Below are positions 1 to 12,423 of a stretch of 33,798 bases of DNA, one piece after another. A program made the translations under genes and the position numbers. Source of the stretch: Bigelowiella natans CCMP2755 (Eukaryota > Protista > Cercozoa); the NCBI GenBank assembly GCA_000320545.1, contig ADNK01001753.1:1-33798 (forward strand). The letters are read 5' to 3'. Under the pieces are notes generated by a model that saw only the letters and a program-made list of their open reading frames with translations, was not told the DNA's origin and searched no databases. How positions within the stretch are numbered: position 1 is the first letter of the stretch; each line of letters opens with the position of its first letter.

Positions 1-238
1 ATATATTTATTTTAATAAACCGCTAAAATTAATAATATATTCCCCGCGCTCTTCAAGGTCGTTTTAAATAATTTTGCCCCCCATTTATTTTGCCCACAAA
101 ATTTTATATGCCTTTGGCCAACGACGGGGTTGGGTACATTTTCCATACAAAAAACACGCACAATGTTTCCGCCTCCCCCTCCCCCCCCCCCCCCCCCCCT
201 CCCTCCCTCCCTCCCCACTTTTGACAAATTCTACATAG

Positions 239-1204
239 GACCGCCATCGTTTGACTCTGTAGTGAGGGACACGGTCAGTGGTTTGATAGATTTGATAGAT
301 CTTTGCTTCTTCCTGCATTCATTCGTTCATACTCTGGTTATGTATTGGGGGAGGGAGGGAGGGGGGGGGGGAGGGTGGCAGGGAGAGACGGGAACATTGC
401 GCGTGTGAGCAGTATAGAAGATGTATCCTACTACGCCGCACGATAGACATTCTTTAAATTTTGTGTCTTTCATATATTTATTTATTCATTATTTATTATT
501 TTATTCATTTCATTCATCCTCTTTACTTTTAAATTTTTTTTATCATGCAAACATAGCTTCCTCCTGACGATCGAGTGCCAACGAGCTACGAGGAAGGCGC
601 GATTGTTCAAGCCGCTTGCGACATGGCAAATGTAGCTTTTTGCTCCATTGCCGCAGTTGTCAAAACAGGGAATCGGAGCGCGCTTGGTCACCGTTCGGGG
701 CTGCGCGCGCGCGATTTGTTTTGTCAAGATGTTTCTCGCTCGAGTGTATGCGAAGATGTGTATTATCGCCGTATTTTCTCGTTTGAAGCCGCGGTGCGGC
801 GGCTGCTGTTGTTGTTTGTTGTTGTTTGTTGTTGTTTGATGTTGTTTGTTGACGGTGTTGCAGGCCCTGCGGTACGTGCATTCAAAGGGGATAGCGCACG
901 GCGACATGTAAGCTGAGAGCTCAACAAGAGATTTTGGCATGATTGTGTGTGCGGAGGACAATAGAGACGATGTCTGGTTGTGATAATGCTGTTGCACTGT
1001 TCGCATTCCCTTTGTTGAGCGACCGATGAGCGTGTGAGGCTATTTGGAAGCTTGATGATGTTGAAGCAAGCCTCTCATCGCCTCATTGTGCAGCTATCTC
1101 CACAACACGATCGAAGCTGATGCTCACCGACGCCAAAACCAACAGAACCTGGAACGAGTAGAAAGGAAGGTAGACCACAACACACGCACGCACACAATGT
1201 AATA

Positions 1205-1245
<41 letters not shown>

Positions 1246-2047
1246 TTACACATGCGGATTGCTGCTAATGAATCATCCCCAGCAGCCTCATTTAGTGACG
1301 CGACGTGTTGTTTTTTACTACCGTGGCCAATTCATACGAAGGTCTATCTCAGCGATTTCGGAGCTGCCTTCTCATACGACACACGCGCCCATCCTTGGAT
1401 TGAGGTCCCATAAGAGCGAGCAGAAATGCTGCAGTTGAGAAGGCTAGATTCTTAGAACACATTGCTGCTGCAGCATTTACACCTGTGCATAGCCTTGAGA
1501 TGGATTCTTGATATTGCGGTGTGCTTACTTGCCGTGAGGTGGGTTTTTGGTGTGCTGCGTACGCGTTGTTGTTGTTGATGGCGATGTTGATGTAACGTCA
1601 GCACGTGGAGGTCGTAGCCTTCGGCTATCTGCTCCTAGATCTTTCCGGCTTTGCCGTCTGCCTCGGCCTTCTCCCCCCCCACAGCTCTTCGCGCCGCGTC
1701 CTTGAGAAGGTAGTACTCGCACGACCGCCGGCGGGAAGATGCACCCTTTAGCGTCGCGCTCTAAGCCTTCGTTCTATACTGCCGTGGTGTTGCAGATCGG
1801 GACTCTTTGCGTTCGAAATCGAGAGAAGGATACTGCCTACCTCAACGCGTTGGCTTGGAATAACAAAGGAGAGATTTCTTCGGCTTTGAAGGAGGGCGGC
1901 CTCGACGGCGGGACTGGTGACCGCAGCCGGGTTATTACCCCGCTGTCGCACAACAACCGCAGCTCTGCCTCGTCTTCAATGACCTTTGCAGATGTAGCCG
2001 AAATGTTGAGAGCGGCAGTGGATGATGATGAGCGCCAAAAAAGTTGA
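239..2047 (+). CDS. Protein kinase of the LRR-kinase (HGDLYAHN-type) family, 3' part; 5' end lies upstream of the window
   Basis: GT-AG exons 239-273, 557-631, 864-907, 1094-1169, 1342-1404 and 1602-~1655 join in frame. They give GPPSFDSVVRDT-LPPDDRVPTSYEEGAIVQAACDMAN-ALRYVHSKGIAHGDIYLHN...-VYLSDFGAAFSYDTRAHPWIE-HVEVVAFGYLLLDL. The terminal segment MTFADVAEMLRAAVDDDERQKS* ends at 2047. Exons between 1655 and ~1980 are uncertain. Confidence 0.8.
1203..1242. repeat. (TA)n intronic microsatellite
   Basis: Direct reading. Confidence 0.9.
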
Positions 2048-2507
2048 AAATGATAAATGCTTTACATTACAACGATACACACTCTGAAGATTAAGGAATG
2101 CTGCGCGTGAAGGAACATTTTCACCCTTGCTCGTTAGCGCTGCTGGCTTCGTCGTTGTTTTTATTCATTAGTGGCAGAGGGCAATGCTAGTACATCTAGA
2201 CATTGCAGCAATTGATGAACCCGCTCTGTAGTAGTGCAAATCGCAGCATGCAAATTTTGTTTCATGATTGATTTTGCACATGTTTATTTTGGCATCGAGG
2301 CGAGTATATGCGGTCACATCATACCTTCGCATTGTTAACCATCAACACATTGCTCAAGTCAATTGTCAGTGATGATGAGCGTGGTCATTGCCTACAAACT
2401 ATTTCAGAGCTTTTTTGAATTGTAAAGGGGGGGAAAAACCTACCCCCACATCCGCCAACCCCCTGTTTAGGAGGGGCGGCCGGATGCATCATCCCCCCCC
2501 CTCAAAA

Positions 2508-2803
2508 CTCATCAATAGCGCTATCATCAGGTGCTCCCAAAAAGCCTTCAAGAAAGCAGGGTGTAAACACGATTTTATATCCTTGAGGTATTGTGCCCCC
2601 CCCCCCCCCCCCCCCCCCTCAAAAAATCACCAAAGGCACTGCTGAACTTCCACCAATCACTGAGCGTATATTGGGGAAATATAAGGGAGGGAGGGGGGTG
2701 GGGGGGTAGGGGTGGGCACAATACCTAAAGGATATAAAATCGTGTTCACACCCTGCTTTCATGAAGGCTTTTTGGAGCACCTGATGATAGCGCTATTGAT
2801 GAG
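2508..2803. repeat. Inverted duplication (~90-bp arms 2508-2598 and 2714-2803, 115-nt spacer) of an exon plus intron flanks of the carboxylesterase gene
   Basis: Direct comparison of the arms shows 3 substitutions and a 1-nt C insertion in the + copy. Confidence 0.9.
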
Positions 2804-2975
2804 TAACGGGGATGATGAATACAGCCGTCTTTTACATCCAGGCACGAGAATGTCGCTACCTTTCCTTGAACGTAAGGAAGTATAGAATCTGACGTCCCAT
2901 GGGACTGCAACACGCGAAGGCGCGCTCCTTTCTTTGACATCTATCGAAATGTCCAGATAAGCACGCGCACACATA

Positions 2976-3011
<36 letters not shown>

Positions 3012-3949
3012 CGCGCACGCACGCACATACGCACACTGCATTTATTTTACATGCGATCTATAGCCACCATGCGAGGTGGAACTTTCGCTAGATCGGCATT
3101 TATATGAATTAGAGTAATGAGGACGTTTTCCCGAAAACTTCCATCCGTTATTCAACACCTTCTGTGGCCATGTTTGCGGCATGTACATGCCCCCAGAGAA
3201 GATGGCTAATCCCCCATAGTCGTCGCTGCTGCTAAGAGCAACCTGATAAAAAATGAGAGATGCCAATCACAATCTTCATTGTACAGCCCGGCATCAAACC
3301 TTGGGCGTTATATCTATTGTTGAAGAAATCGCAAAGCTTACTATTTGTTGCTACCTGCGTTGCGAGCCATGAGCCTTGGCTAAATCTACGTTGAAACGGC
3401 AAGCGGGGGGGGGGGGGAGAGGAGGAGGAAGCGGTGAGCACACTACTCATCTGTATGAGCTTTTCGGTGTAATGGCTCCTGCATTGATCCACGCACTAGC
3501 ACGAACCAAACCGCTATCATTCATCTAGCCGTGATGCATCATCTGAATCAAATCAAGAGCCATAGGCGGATGCAACCGATCGCACGCGAATGCAGGCGAA
3601 GGACACCGCGCCGTCGCGCACATACTCACTCCTCCTCTGGTACATGACTACCCTGCAACGATGATTTTGGAATCATCCAGCCCGAATGCATTCTTCTCGA
3701 GCTCCAGAAGCTCTTAGATGAAGGGGGAGGGCAAAAACCATGAAACGAATGATTTATATGCGCAAAGGACAAACGCCAAGAGGCAGCCAGGCACTGTTAG
3801 ACAGCGGTGTGTTTTCTAATGAAACCCGCTTTATTTTGGTAAAAACTAGTCTCGTCCGCTGCGGCAACTACCTGCAACTCGACTCTGGGAATCCCTCATA
3901 ATATCCTCTGTTTGGCCGTCGAATAACCCTGAATATTATATATAAACAT

Positions 3950-3981
<32 letters not shown>

Positions 3982-4408
3982 TGCGTGTGTGCGTCTTACA
4001 AATGACATACTACATCACCCCCCCCCCCCCCCTTCCCCCCCTCCACTCCGAAAACATGGATAAGTACGAGGAATAATCAAAAGGGGGACTGTTACATGAA
4101 TAACAACTGAGCGGCAAGTTTAATGCGCTTATCCATAATATCTCATACATACGAAATATGCTAGGCTCGTAGACTCAGTAGACTCATATTGTTAAGCCCC
4201 CCCCAAAGCCTCGTTGCCATTAAAAAAAACACTAATGCTCAAGAAATGGCATAGTCGCTACTACTCTCTGCTCCGCCTGGTTGAGCGATTTTGAAGAAGA
4301 GGGAGGAGATATCGAGAGGCCACCAGGCATAAGAGCCTAAGAGAGTTATGATTATACAGAAAGAAGGACACCAGGGAGAGCAAGTTAGAAAGACAGAGAG
4401 AGAGACAG

Positions 4409-4456
<48 letters not shown>

Positions 4457-4686
4457 TGCGCGCGAGAGAGGGCGGAATTGAAAGAGGTGAAGATGCATCC
4501 GGAACGGGCCTCACGTGCATCGTCCAGCCATTTCACCATTGATATTCTCTTCTCTTCTCTCCTCCTCTCTACCTTCCTGCAGGACAACGGGGCCTTCTGG
4601 GAAGATGAAACGGAGCTTTGCGCCATTTCGTAGCTAGCGAACAGTCATAATTAGGGAGATGAGGGCAAGAAGAGAACGGGATAATC

Positions 4687-4730
<44 letters not shown>

Positions 4731-5380
4731 CTAGTCCGAATGGAGGCAAGCTTCATAAAAGCAAGACTGATAAATTAATCGGGGGCATAATGTGCACAAC
4801 ATTCCATAATCTTCTTTGTGCAATTGTACTCGGAATGAGTGGCGGAATCTACTAAGACTACGATCACACCCTTTGCTGCAGCCCCCTCCCTACGTTGACG
4901 AGATCCTCAGCGTTAGCTCCAAAGCCGTGCATTAAAACTATCGATGCCTCCTGGTAGTAGCGAAGAGGAAAATGACTTGTAGTTGTGACAATAAGAATGG
5001 TGATGAACGATGAAGACGACGACGATGATGATTATAGCAATCGTTATGATAACAACTATTTCCATATAAAGTAGACCACGGCGCATAGTACAATTAGTGA
5101 AATTTCAACTTGACTACGAAAGTGTTGTGGGCTGTTATTTTACCGCGACACACATTTCAAGCTAAAAACACCGTGCAACATCATCGTTGAGTACCGGTTT
5201 CGCGTGCGTTTGAAGGACGATGCAGTTGAGCCTTCCAATCTTCATCTTATGCGGCTGCCGGCTATTCGCAGATACACGGAGTGTGTATAAATTTTACAAG
5301 CTCATTCATATATTTTTATATATGTATACGCTTGTGCGTATTCCCTATGATAACTACGAATACTCTCCTAATCAGTCCCC

Positions 5381-5417
<37 letters not shown>

Positions 5418-6108
5418 GACTTTCTACCCAATCTTTTCGGCTGGTACTGCTATGTTCATCTCAGCGTCTGTTGGTCTCAGCCCCGGTCCTCCCGCATTCG
5501 TCCAGTCACACTGCTTTGTCGCTCCCTATTTGGAGAGAGGTTGTGAAGGGGTGAAATAGGAATTAGAGGTGCAAAATGCGTCGTCATAGTGGGTCCCAGC
5601 AGAGGCCAGGATTCAACCCCGTCAGGGAAGTTCTCGGCGAAAAGCGTAAATACCTATTCTCTTGTCCCCCCCCCCATTCACCTCGTCACGGTCGCAACGT
5701 TTATTATCAACGACAATTACTACCTCCATTATCCTTTTGACGAGGTCCTCTTTTTCTAGAACACCGGCCATGGAGAGCTACATACAACAGTCAATAGTCA
5801 TAAAGGGAAGCGCCCTCGGCGGGCAAAGCGTTTTGCACAGCGAGATGCAAGCAAACGCAATGCTGCGACGAAGCAAGATCAGCACAAACCGTGTTAGAAT
5901 CAACTACTTTCATTTTCCTGAGGAGTTCTCGAAGGTCCCTGACACTCCTTCGCATTAGCTCAGCTCTCGACCCGAGGTGGGGAGGGAGAGTAGAGGCGCC
6001 ACTATCATGCTTTCCAGTGCAGCTTTCCTCGGCAAGAATCTCAAAAAGGCAGAGAAATAAGAGAGCCAGTGAGAGCCCCACATGAGATGAGTGCTGCAGG
6101 AGTCCCAT
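2725..6108 (-). CDS. Phospholipase/carboxylesterase (alpha/beta hydrolase, Abhydrolase_2-like) with putative signal peptide and N-terminal SAP-like (ARMET_C-like) module; terminal exon not resolved
   Basis: Spliced exons include 6108-5908, 5777-5724 (LSMAGVLEKEDLVKRIME), 4950-4870 (VLMHGFGANAEDL), 4633-4573 (LRFIFPEGPVVLQE), 4336-4265 (GSYAWWPLDI), 3385-3355 (GFSQG nucleophile motif), ~2940-2860 (VLQSHGTSDSILP, catalytic Asp) and 2780-2725. The catalytic His exon was not found. Confidence 0.85.
4412..4452. repeat. (GA)n intronic microsatellite; a second lies at ~4695-4727
   Basis: Direct reading. Confidence 0.9.
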
Positions 6109-6587
6109 GCCTATCAGCTCATCGATCGACGTCTGGTTGGCGTAGCGGATTCTCATATTTAGGCAATATCAATAACATATATCTGGTAAAAAAAAAAATT
6201 ATTTTTGAAATTCTTCTCAGCCAATGCCTTCCGAGAATCCATCGCTTTAGGATTAGTCATCATCACCTACCCTAAAAACATCCTACCGAATACTTTCGAA
6301 ATATCCGTGACCACGTTGGCCTCAAGAGTCTCCGGGTTGTCTCGAGAGAAGTTACCGCTTTTCTAGAATTCAAGGCGATATATTCCCCTCAGATTTCCTT
6401 GTATTTTTGGAATGCGACAATGATTTGTCGGCATCTGACTGCGGCGAAATGCCCTGCGGACTCGCCTCAAAACCCTTTCCAAGTCGGACGGACTGCGTCA
6501 TTTCTCCGGAAAGACTAGACCAATTATAGATATTCGCACAATACGAGTATCCCCGTTGCCTCGCTGTTGCAATCGTTTCAAACAAGC
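6109..6587. promoter_or_regulatory. Short (~480 bp) divergent intergenic region, probable bidirectional promoter
   Basis: Lies between the inferred ATG of the hydrolase (6108, -) and the ATG of the actin bundler (6588, +). No specific motif identified. Confidence 0.4.
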
Positions 6588-8220
6588 ATGAGTTTGGAAG
6601 GTAAAGACGACCTTGAGAAATTGAAGGGTCTCTCAGCAAAGCCTTACAAGGAACAGGCGATATGGTTTCTGAACGGGTAAGAATAGCAGTGATAGGGAGG
6701 TGGCTGGCTGTACTGATTTCCAAACATTTCGCGAAATCTCTCATAGTTTTAAATTAAAAAAATATTCAAGCCAGACAACTAGTTTGACGCCTCCCCGCCA
6801 TATCTAGGTATTGGAATGAGATATTCAAAAAGGACGAGAAGGAGCTCGAGAACGTGTATTCCTGGGTGAAGATCCATGAAGAGATATGCCCTAAAAAGTG
6901 AGTAAATGCTGCAACTCCAAAATTTGGATTTGAAAATAAAACAGTCCGATGACTATTACACACCATAGGAAAAAGGGGTGCGAACTAAACGAGTTTGATG
7001 CTCATCGTTTCTTGGAGATGATTGGAGAGACTCTTACGGTGAAAGATATGCGAGAGTTCCTTCGTTCGGTGGACATCGAGTAAGTATCCGTCATAGTTGT
7101 TCATATGTAATCACGAACCGTGATCAGCACTATTGTTTCTTCTCGCTGTAATTTCTACGATTCTCTTGTGATGATGTTGCTTGTGCCCAATAGTTTCAAT
7201 AAAATGGTGAGCTTGACAGAGTATCTCGTATCCAAGTACAAAGTCAAATGGCGCGAGTTGATTGACAAGCCACAAGATGATGCTAAGGCAATGGAGGAAC
7301 GTAAGGCTGCCCAAGATGCAGTCGATCTTGCACAGCAGCGTACGAATGAGGCCACGAAGGCACACAAAGCAGCAGCCGAACGTGAGCTCGTCGCCAATCA
7401 TGAGAAAAAGGAAGCCATGGCAAAGGCCAAGGCCGCAAAGGAAAAGGAGATTGAATCCACAAACGCCGAGGTTATAGTAGTATGAACCTAGTAATACCTA
7501 GTAATAGCAGCAGCAGCAACAGAAATTTCCTGTTTATAATCCCGACATTTATATCGTTCTGCGACCCAAATTAAAAACTAATAGGCGGAGGCGAAAACGG
7601 CAGCCGAAGCATCCAAGAAGGCATTTGAAGAGTCTGCTGCCGCAGCAGAGGAACAAAAGGCCGCCTTGGAGAAGGTACTGGCAGAAGAGAAAAAGTACAA
7701 AGACAAGCTCGCAAAACTCGAACGCGAATCTAAAGATAGCAGCCTGGGCCAAGTCAAGCGGATGAAGGCTGCTAATATGCTCGCTCAGAGCAAAGCCAAG
7801 CCCACTCTCGCGCTACAGACGGCCAAGGTGACACTTACAGCCTCCGAGAAACGCGCTACCAAGGCGGCTCAGAAGGCCAAAACTGCAGCAGATAAGTCCG
7901 CAGCAGCTGCACAGAGAGCTGCCGTGGCTCTTCAAGAAGCTAAAAGTGCCCGTGAGATCTCTGAAGCCGCAGAGAAACAGGCGATTGAGTCAGCCAAGCG
8001 TGCGGAGGATGCTAGGAAAGCTGCCGAAGAAGCCGTCGTAGCCGCTCAAGAGGCATTTGCTAAAGCCGAGGCCGAACTTAAAAAGCTTCTTGCTAAGCCC
8101 GTTGGCAGCGGCCAAGGGTCACGTTGGTGGCTACAACGTGAATTTGAGGACATGAAGAAATACATGCCGAAGAGTAAGTTGAAGAAATTCATGAAGCAAA
8201 AGAAGCAAGAGGCTGCATAG
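6588..8220 (+). CDS. Calcium-regulated actin-bundling protein (Dictyostelium ABP34-like, EF-hand), 400 aa
   Basis: Exons 6588-6676, 6808-6897, 6969-7079, 7194-7470 and 7585-8220 sum to 1203 nt in frame. Motifs QAIWFLNGYW, EF-hand-like VDIDFNKMVSLTEYL, AANMLAQ and C-terminal GSRWWLQREFEDMKKY match ABP34 as I recall it (QAVHFLNAYW, VDVNFDGRVSFLEYL, ATNMLAQ, GAIWWMNRDLEEKKK). Confidence 0.85.
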
Positions 8221-9258
8221 AATGGTCCACAAATAGCAGCATCAGTAGATATTAAATAAAATGTTGCGATTATATGCTTGCATACGGTTGCATGGCACGT
8301 CTACCCAGGGCGCCAATCTCCAAAAATCTAGAGACAACAATGTTAGTCCGGCATGCTATGATGTGTGCAAACATTATGATCATTATGACGCAACACGCAA
8401 CAGAATGAGTGGGTAATTGTGCTAGATTGTGCTACTGTTCTTTGATGATGTACATTGATATTTTGAATGCGCACGTTTATCTGATAGAACGCGCACGCAT
8501 CGCACGGCAAGAGAAACTGTAACGCCTCACTGAACGTACAACAAAAGACATCAGAGCGCGTTGCACGAAATGAAATGCTAGCTAGCTAGATGGTTCACAT
8601 GGATGGTTCTTTCTAGCTTTGTGCGATTACGATATCACTTAGATCACATTCAGGTCTAGAGCTGCAAAATGCCACTGAGACTTTTGACTGCCACACAAGT
8701 GCGCATGTGCCACTACCGCTGCGAACAAAGCAGTTTTGTGGTTGTGAGAGTGTGAACAAATGAGAGAAACATGTTTGAGCACTTGTCAAATGCTTGTGCC
8801 AGGCGATGGATTTTTCATGGAAGGCCTGGAGGTCTAAAGAAATACAACTAACACCATGGCAATCGCATGAGATGCATTGTTTGCATTGGAAATCAACACG
8901 TCATTTAGATCCAAGATGAACTCGTCAATCATCTTGGGCGAGCCGCTCTCATTTTTCCGGAATGAATGAATTGTCGGGAGAACAAGCTGCAGCAAACTTC
9001 TCACAGCAATGCGGTTGTTGATTTGAACCTACAATCCTTCCTTGTCGCAGTGCCTCCTACCACAGCAAATACCTGAATGCGACAAGCAATGAATCCTGCG
9101 AAGAAACATGGAAAGTAAGCTATATTTCCTTGTCGCACTTACGGATTCCAGGTCATTAGTATAGGTCTGCAGAGTCACGAGCTGTCGGAACTCGGAACCG
9201 AATCTGCGAGCCCCGAGACTGCACACCATTTCCCCTCCACACGCCTCCAGACGATAGA

Positions 9259-10489
9259 ATGCTGAAAGGACTCGAACCCAAGGTCTTCCAGAGGACTATA
9301 GAGCTTAGGGAGGAAGTAGAATTGGCTAGTCTTTTTTCAGAAGTACCAAAGTACCGAGACTATCGAAGAAGTGTTTTGTGTGCACGTGTGCGTGGCTACT
9401 GCCCTGGTAACAACCAAATCCGCTAAATTCATTTTGTCTCAAGGAACTATGGCAAGCGTTCGAAAGCTTAAGCGCCATCCCAAGGTACTAGCACGTTGCT
9501 GCGAGGCGTAGTAGAAGACAGAACGTCGTAGTCATCATGATCATCGTCATGCTTCGAGCAGCTTCCTTTGCATTCACTCTTAGGCCCAGCAACAAAGAAC
9601 AAAAGGTTCTCAAGTGGCTTGCGTCTATCGCTGGTTTGTAACCTATTCGACTCTATGTTGTTTATTCCCGTGCTGGTTGTTGTTGTAGTGTTTGCTTAGA
9701 ACAGCAAATGATCGTACCCCCCTTCAATAAAAGTCGTTTTTTTAATCAGAGGAGCACAAGCTCGAATATAAACAGGATGCAGCCGGCAACATGGTCATGC
9801 TTAGCAAATCGTTGTTTTGGCATGGGGTTTCGCACATGTAGCCGATTCGTATCTCTTGGTTAACAGATGACCTGTTCCATACTTACCGTATGCGTGCTCA
9901 TCATCTGTTTACCTGCGTATACTTGATTATACATATCTGTAACGGAAACAACCTTGTTCTGTATGGTGAGAAATTCACTTTCTCTTCTTCCTCCTGAAAT
10001 TTGTGGACTGCCTACCAACCCTGCTAACTCGGCGTTCTTCTTCTTCGCAGGTTATCTACCGACCTGGGACGGGGCGCGGAGAGAATAGTGCCCCAATAGC
10101 GATCCAAGGCCACGTCGACATGGTTACAGAGAAGCACCAACACGTGGACCATGATTTCGAGAAGGTTTGTCTAAGAAAAGAGCGGGAGAGTAGTCTGCTG
10201 CATGTATGATAGCGCTTGTTGTGCTTGGTGATAGAACGTATCAGCACGAGGTGCTGATTACTGTATCAAAAAGATTGCCGTCGCTCTTGAGCAATTTCAT
10301 CTCTAATTACTTCTCCTTCCTCCCCTTGTTTGATCCAACCCCCTCTTCCGAATCCCCTCCAGGATGGAATTAAGCTGATGATTGAGGGGGATTGGGTCAC
10401 AGCGAAAGGAACAACGTTAGGAGCGGACAATGGAATCGGCGTGGCTGCTGCTATCGCTCTCTTGAGAATGCCTAGGTACAAGATACAAG

Positions 10490-10529
<40 letters not shown>

Positions 10530-10557
10530 TTATATTGTTGAGATTATGGCATGCTGA

Positions 10558-10602
<45 letters not shown>

Positions 10603-11178
10603 TGCATGGTGATTGTCATATACCAAAAGTTTCGATAGAAATAGACGACTTTCTGGAAGAAGTGAGATCTGATAGTCGCAATGCCACGCCAACTCCTCCA
10701 CCAAATACTGAAACAACAGAACCGCTTCGTTGCCTCCTTTGGAATGCCTATTTACGGTAATACCCTTCGCCCTGCTGCTCGCTCGCGCTTTCCCGATTAA
10801 GCTTCAGTCATTTGAGGACAAAAGGAACTGCAGAGTCTCCTCCGCGATTGTTGTGCCGTTTGGCTAGTTGTACATGAGGATTTTGCTTTTTGCCCATAGG
10901 TTTCATGAATAGATCTATAGAGTTGAGACTCAACAGGATGCTGTGTTTCCCTTTTCTTTCCCATCTACTCTTCCCCCACCCCCCCCCCTCCCCCGGACTC
11001 TCCATGCTCTATGTTGTATCTCTCAGGTCGATGAAGAGACCGGCCTCACAGGCGCCAAACAACTAGACGGAACGCTCTTGAGCGCAAAGACTATGCTAAA
11101 TCTCGATACCGAGGTGTACTTTGGATGCTTTCGCCATTCACAAACACACACACGCACACGCACACAGAAACACGCATA

Positions 11179-11216
<38 letters not shown>

Positions 11217-12389
11217 TAGTGTCTTCATTTGTGTATTTGTAACATTTAAGAAGCTATCACCCCCCCCCCCCCCCACCCACACAAATGCACTAGCATCGTG
11301 CGCGCCATAATAACTCATCATTTCACTCGTCGCCGTGTTGATTATCTATCGCATGCATTGGCGTGATGATGCCTTGCGTCTTTTCAGGAATGGGGAAGCG
11401 TGTACATTGGGTGCGCAGGGGGGGGGGACTCTATTCTACAGTAATACTAGCAATAGTGTCGGTAGCAATTGTAGAAGTGGCTGGTGTGCAGGTTGCAAAG
11501 TAATGGCTGCTAGGTCTTATTCTCGTTTAAGCTGATTTCCACCAACCACAGCGATATATTCGCATACATGCCTAAGCGTGTCGCCCCCCTCACCAGCACG
11601 GTTCTTCTTCTCTTTCTCCATCTTGCCCGTGATCTTCAGATTGGATGCTGGCTTTGAAGAGTGTGGGGAAGGAGCACGCAGCTACAAGATCCGCTGTGAT
11701 GAGTTGAAAGGTACGGGTTTCTCGTTTGCTACCGACGGCAAAAAAATCGATCTTCGTTCGCTCTCTTGTTGGTCAGAAATATTATCTTTTTCTCCCACAC
11801 CAAGATGTAGAGCCGTTCTCCCCCTCCCCCCCCTCCCCCCCCCATCTCTCTCTATCTCTCTGTATATCTTCCTTCATCGCATGCTCTCTATTTTTCCAAC
11901 GCGCTATTATTAATGTAATGCTTATTGAAAACGTACTCGAATCTCCGACAGGAGGCCATAGCGGAATCGATATTAACACGGGCAGGGCTAATGCTGTACG
12001 CTTGGTATCGTTGGTCCTACTGGACATGGCGAAGAAGCTCAAGGGCGGCATCAAGGTAACCTTGTCAATGCTCTCATGCGCTTCGCTTTTCCCGTTCAAC
12101 ACGCACAGTATCATCGTAGTCATCGATGCCGTCTACACTAAAATGACTGATAATAGCTATGTGCTAGTGGTGATGGTAGTAGTAGTAGTAGTATAGCAAT
12201 CGTGCTGAAGTAGGAGAGTATATGCGCTGCACGTGGGACATGTTGCTTTGGGAGGGCTTGCTTGACATTTGGCTCGAATCACAGCTCTTAGACATTAAAG
12301 GGGGAAACAAGCGGAATGCAATCCCAAGGTTACCATTATACATAAGATGCTTTCGTTTCTCTAGTATTGTGTTTATATATCAAATATAT

Positions 12390-12423
<34 letters not shown>

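Noticed and set aside
4085-4135. Possible extra hydrolase exons at ~4085-4135, ~4510-4545 and ~3430-3480
   Set aside because: Direct joins (QE-GSYAWW, GGAE-RLFDG, VAG-FSQG) are phase-compatible and match the family better.
5585-5640. tRNA-like motif on the minus strand (GGGGTTGAATCCTGGCC)
   Set aside because: It lacks the TTCG T-loop, and I find no D-arm, anticodon arm or acceptor stem; it lies inside the hydrolase gene.
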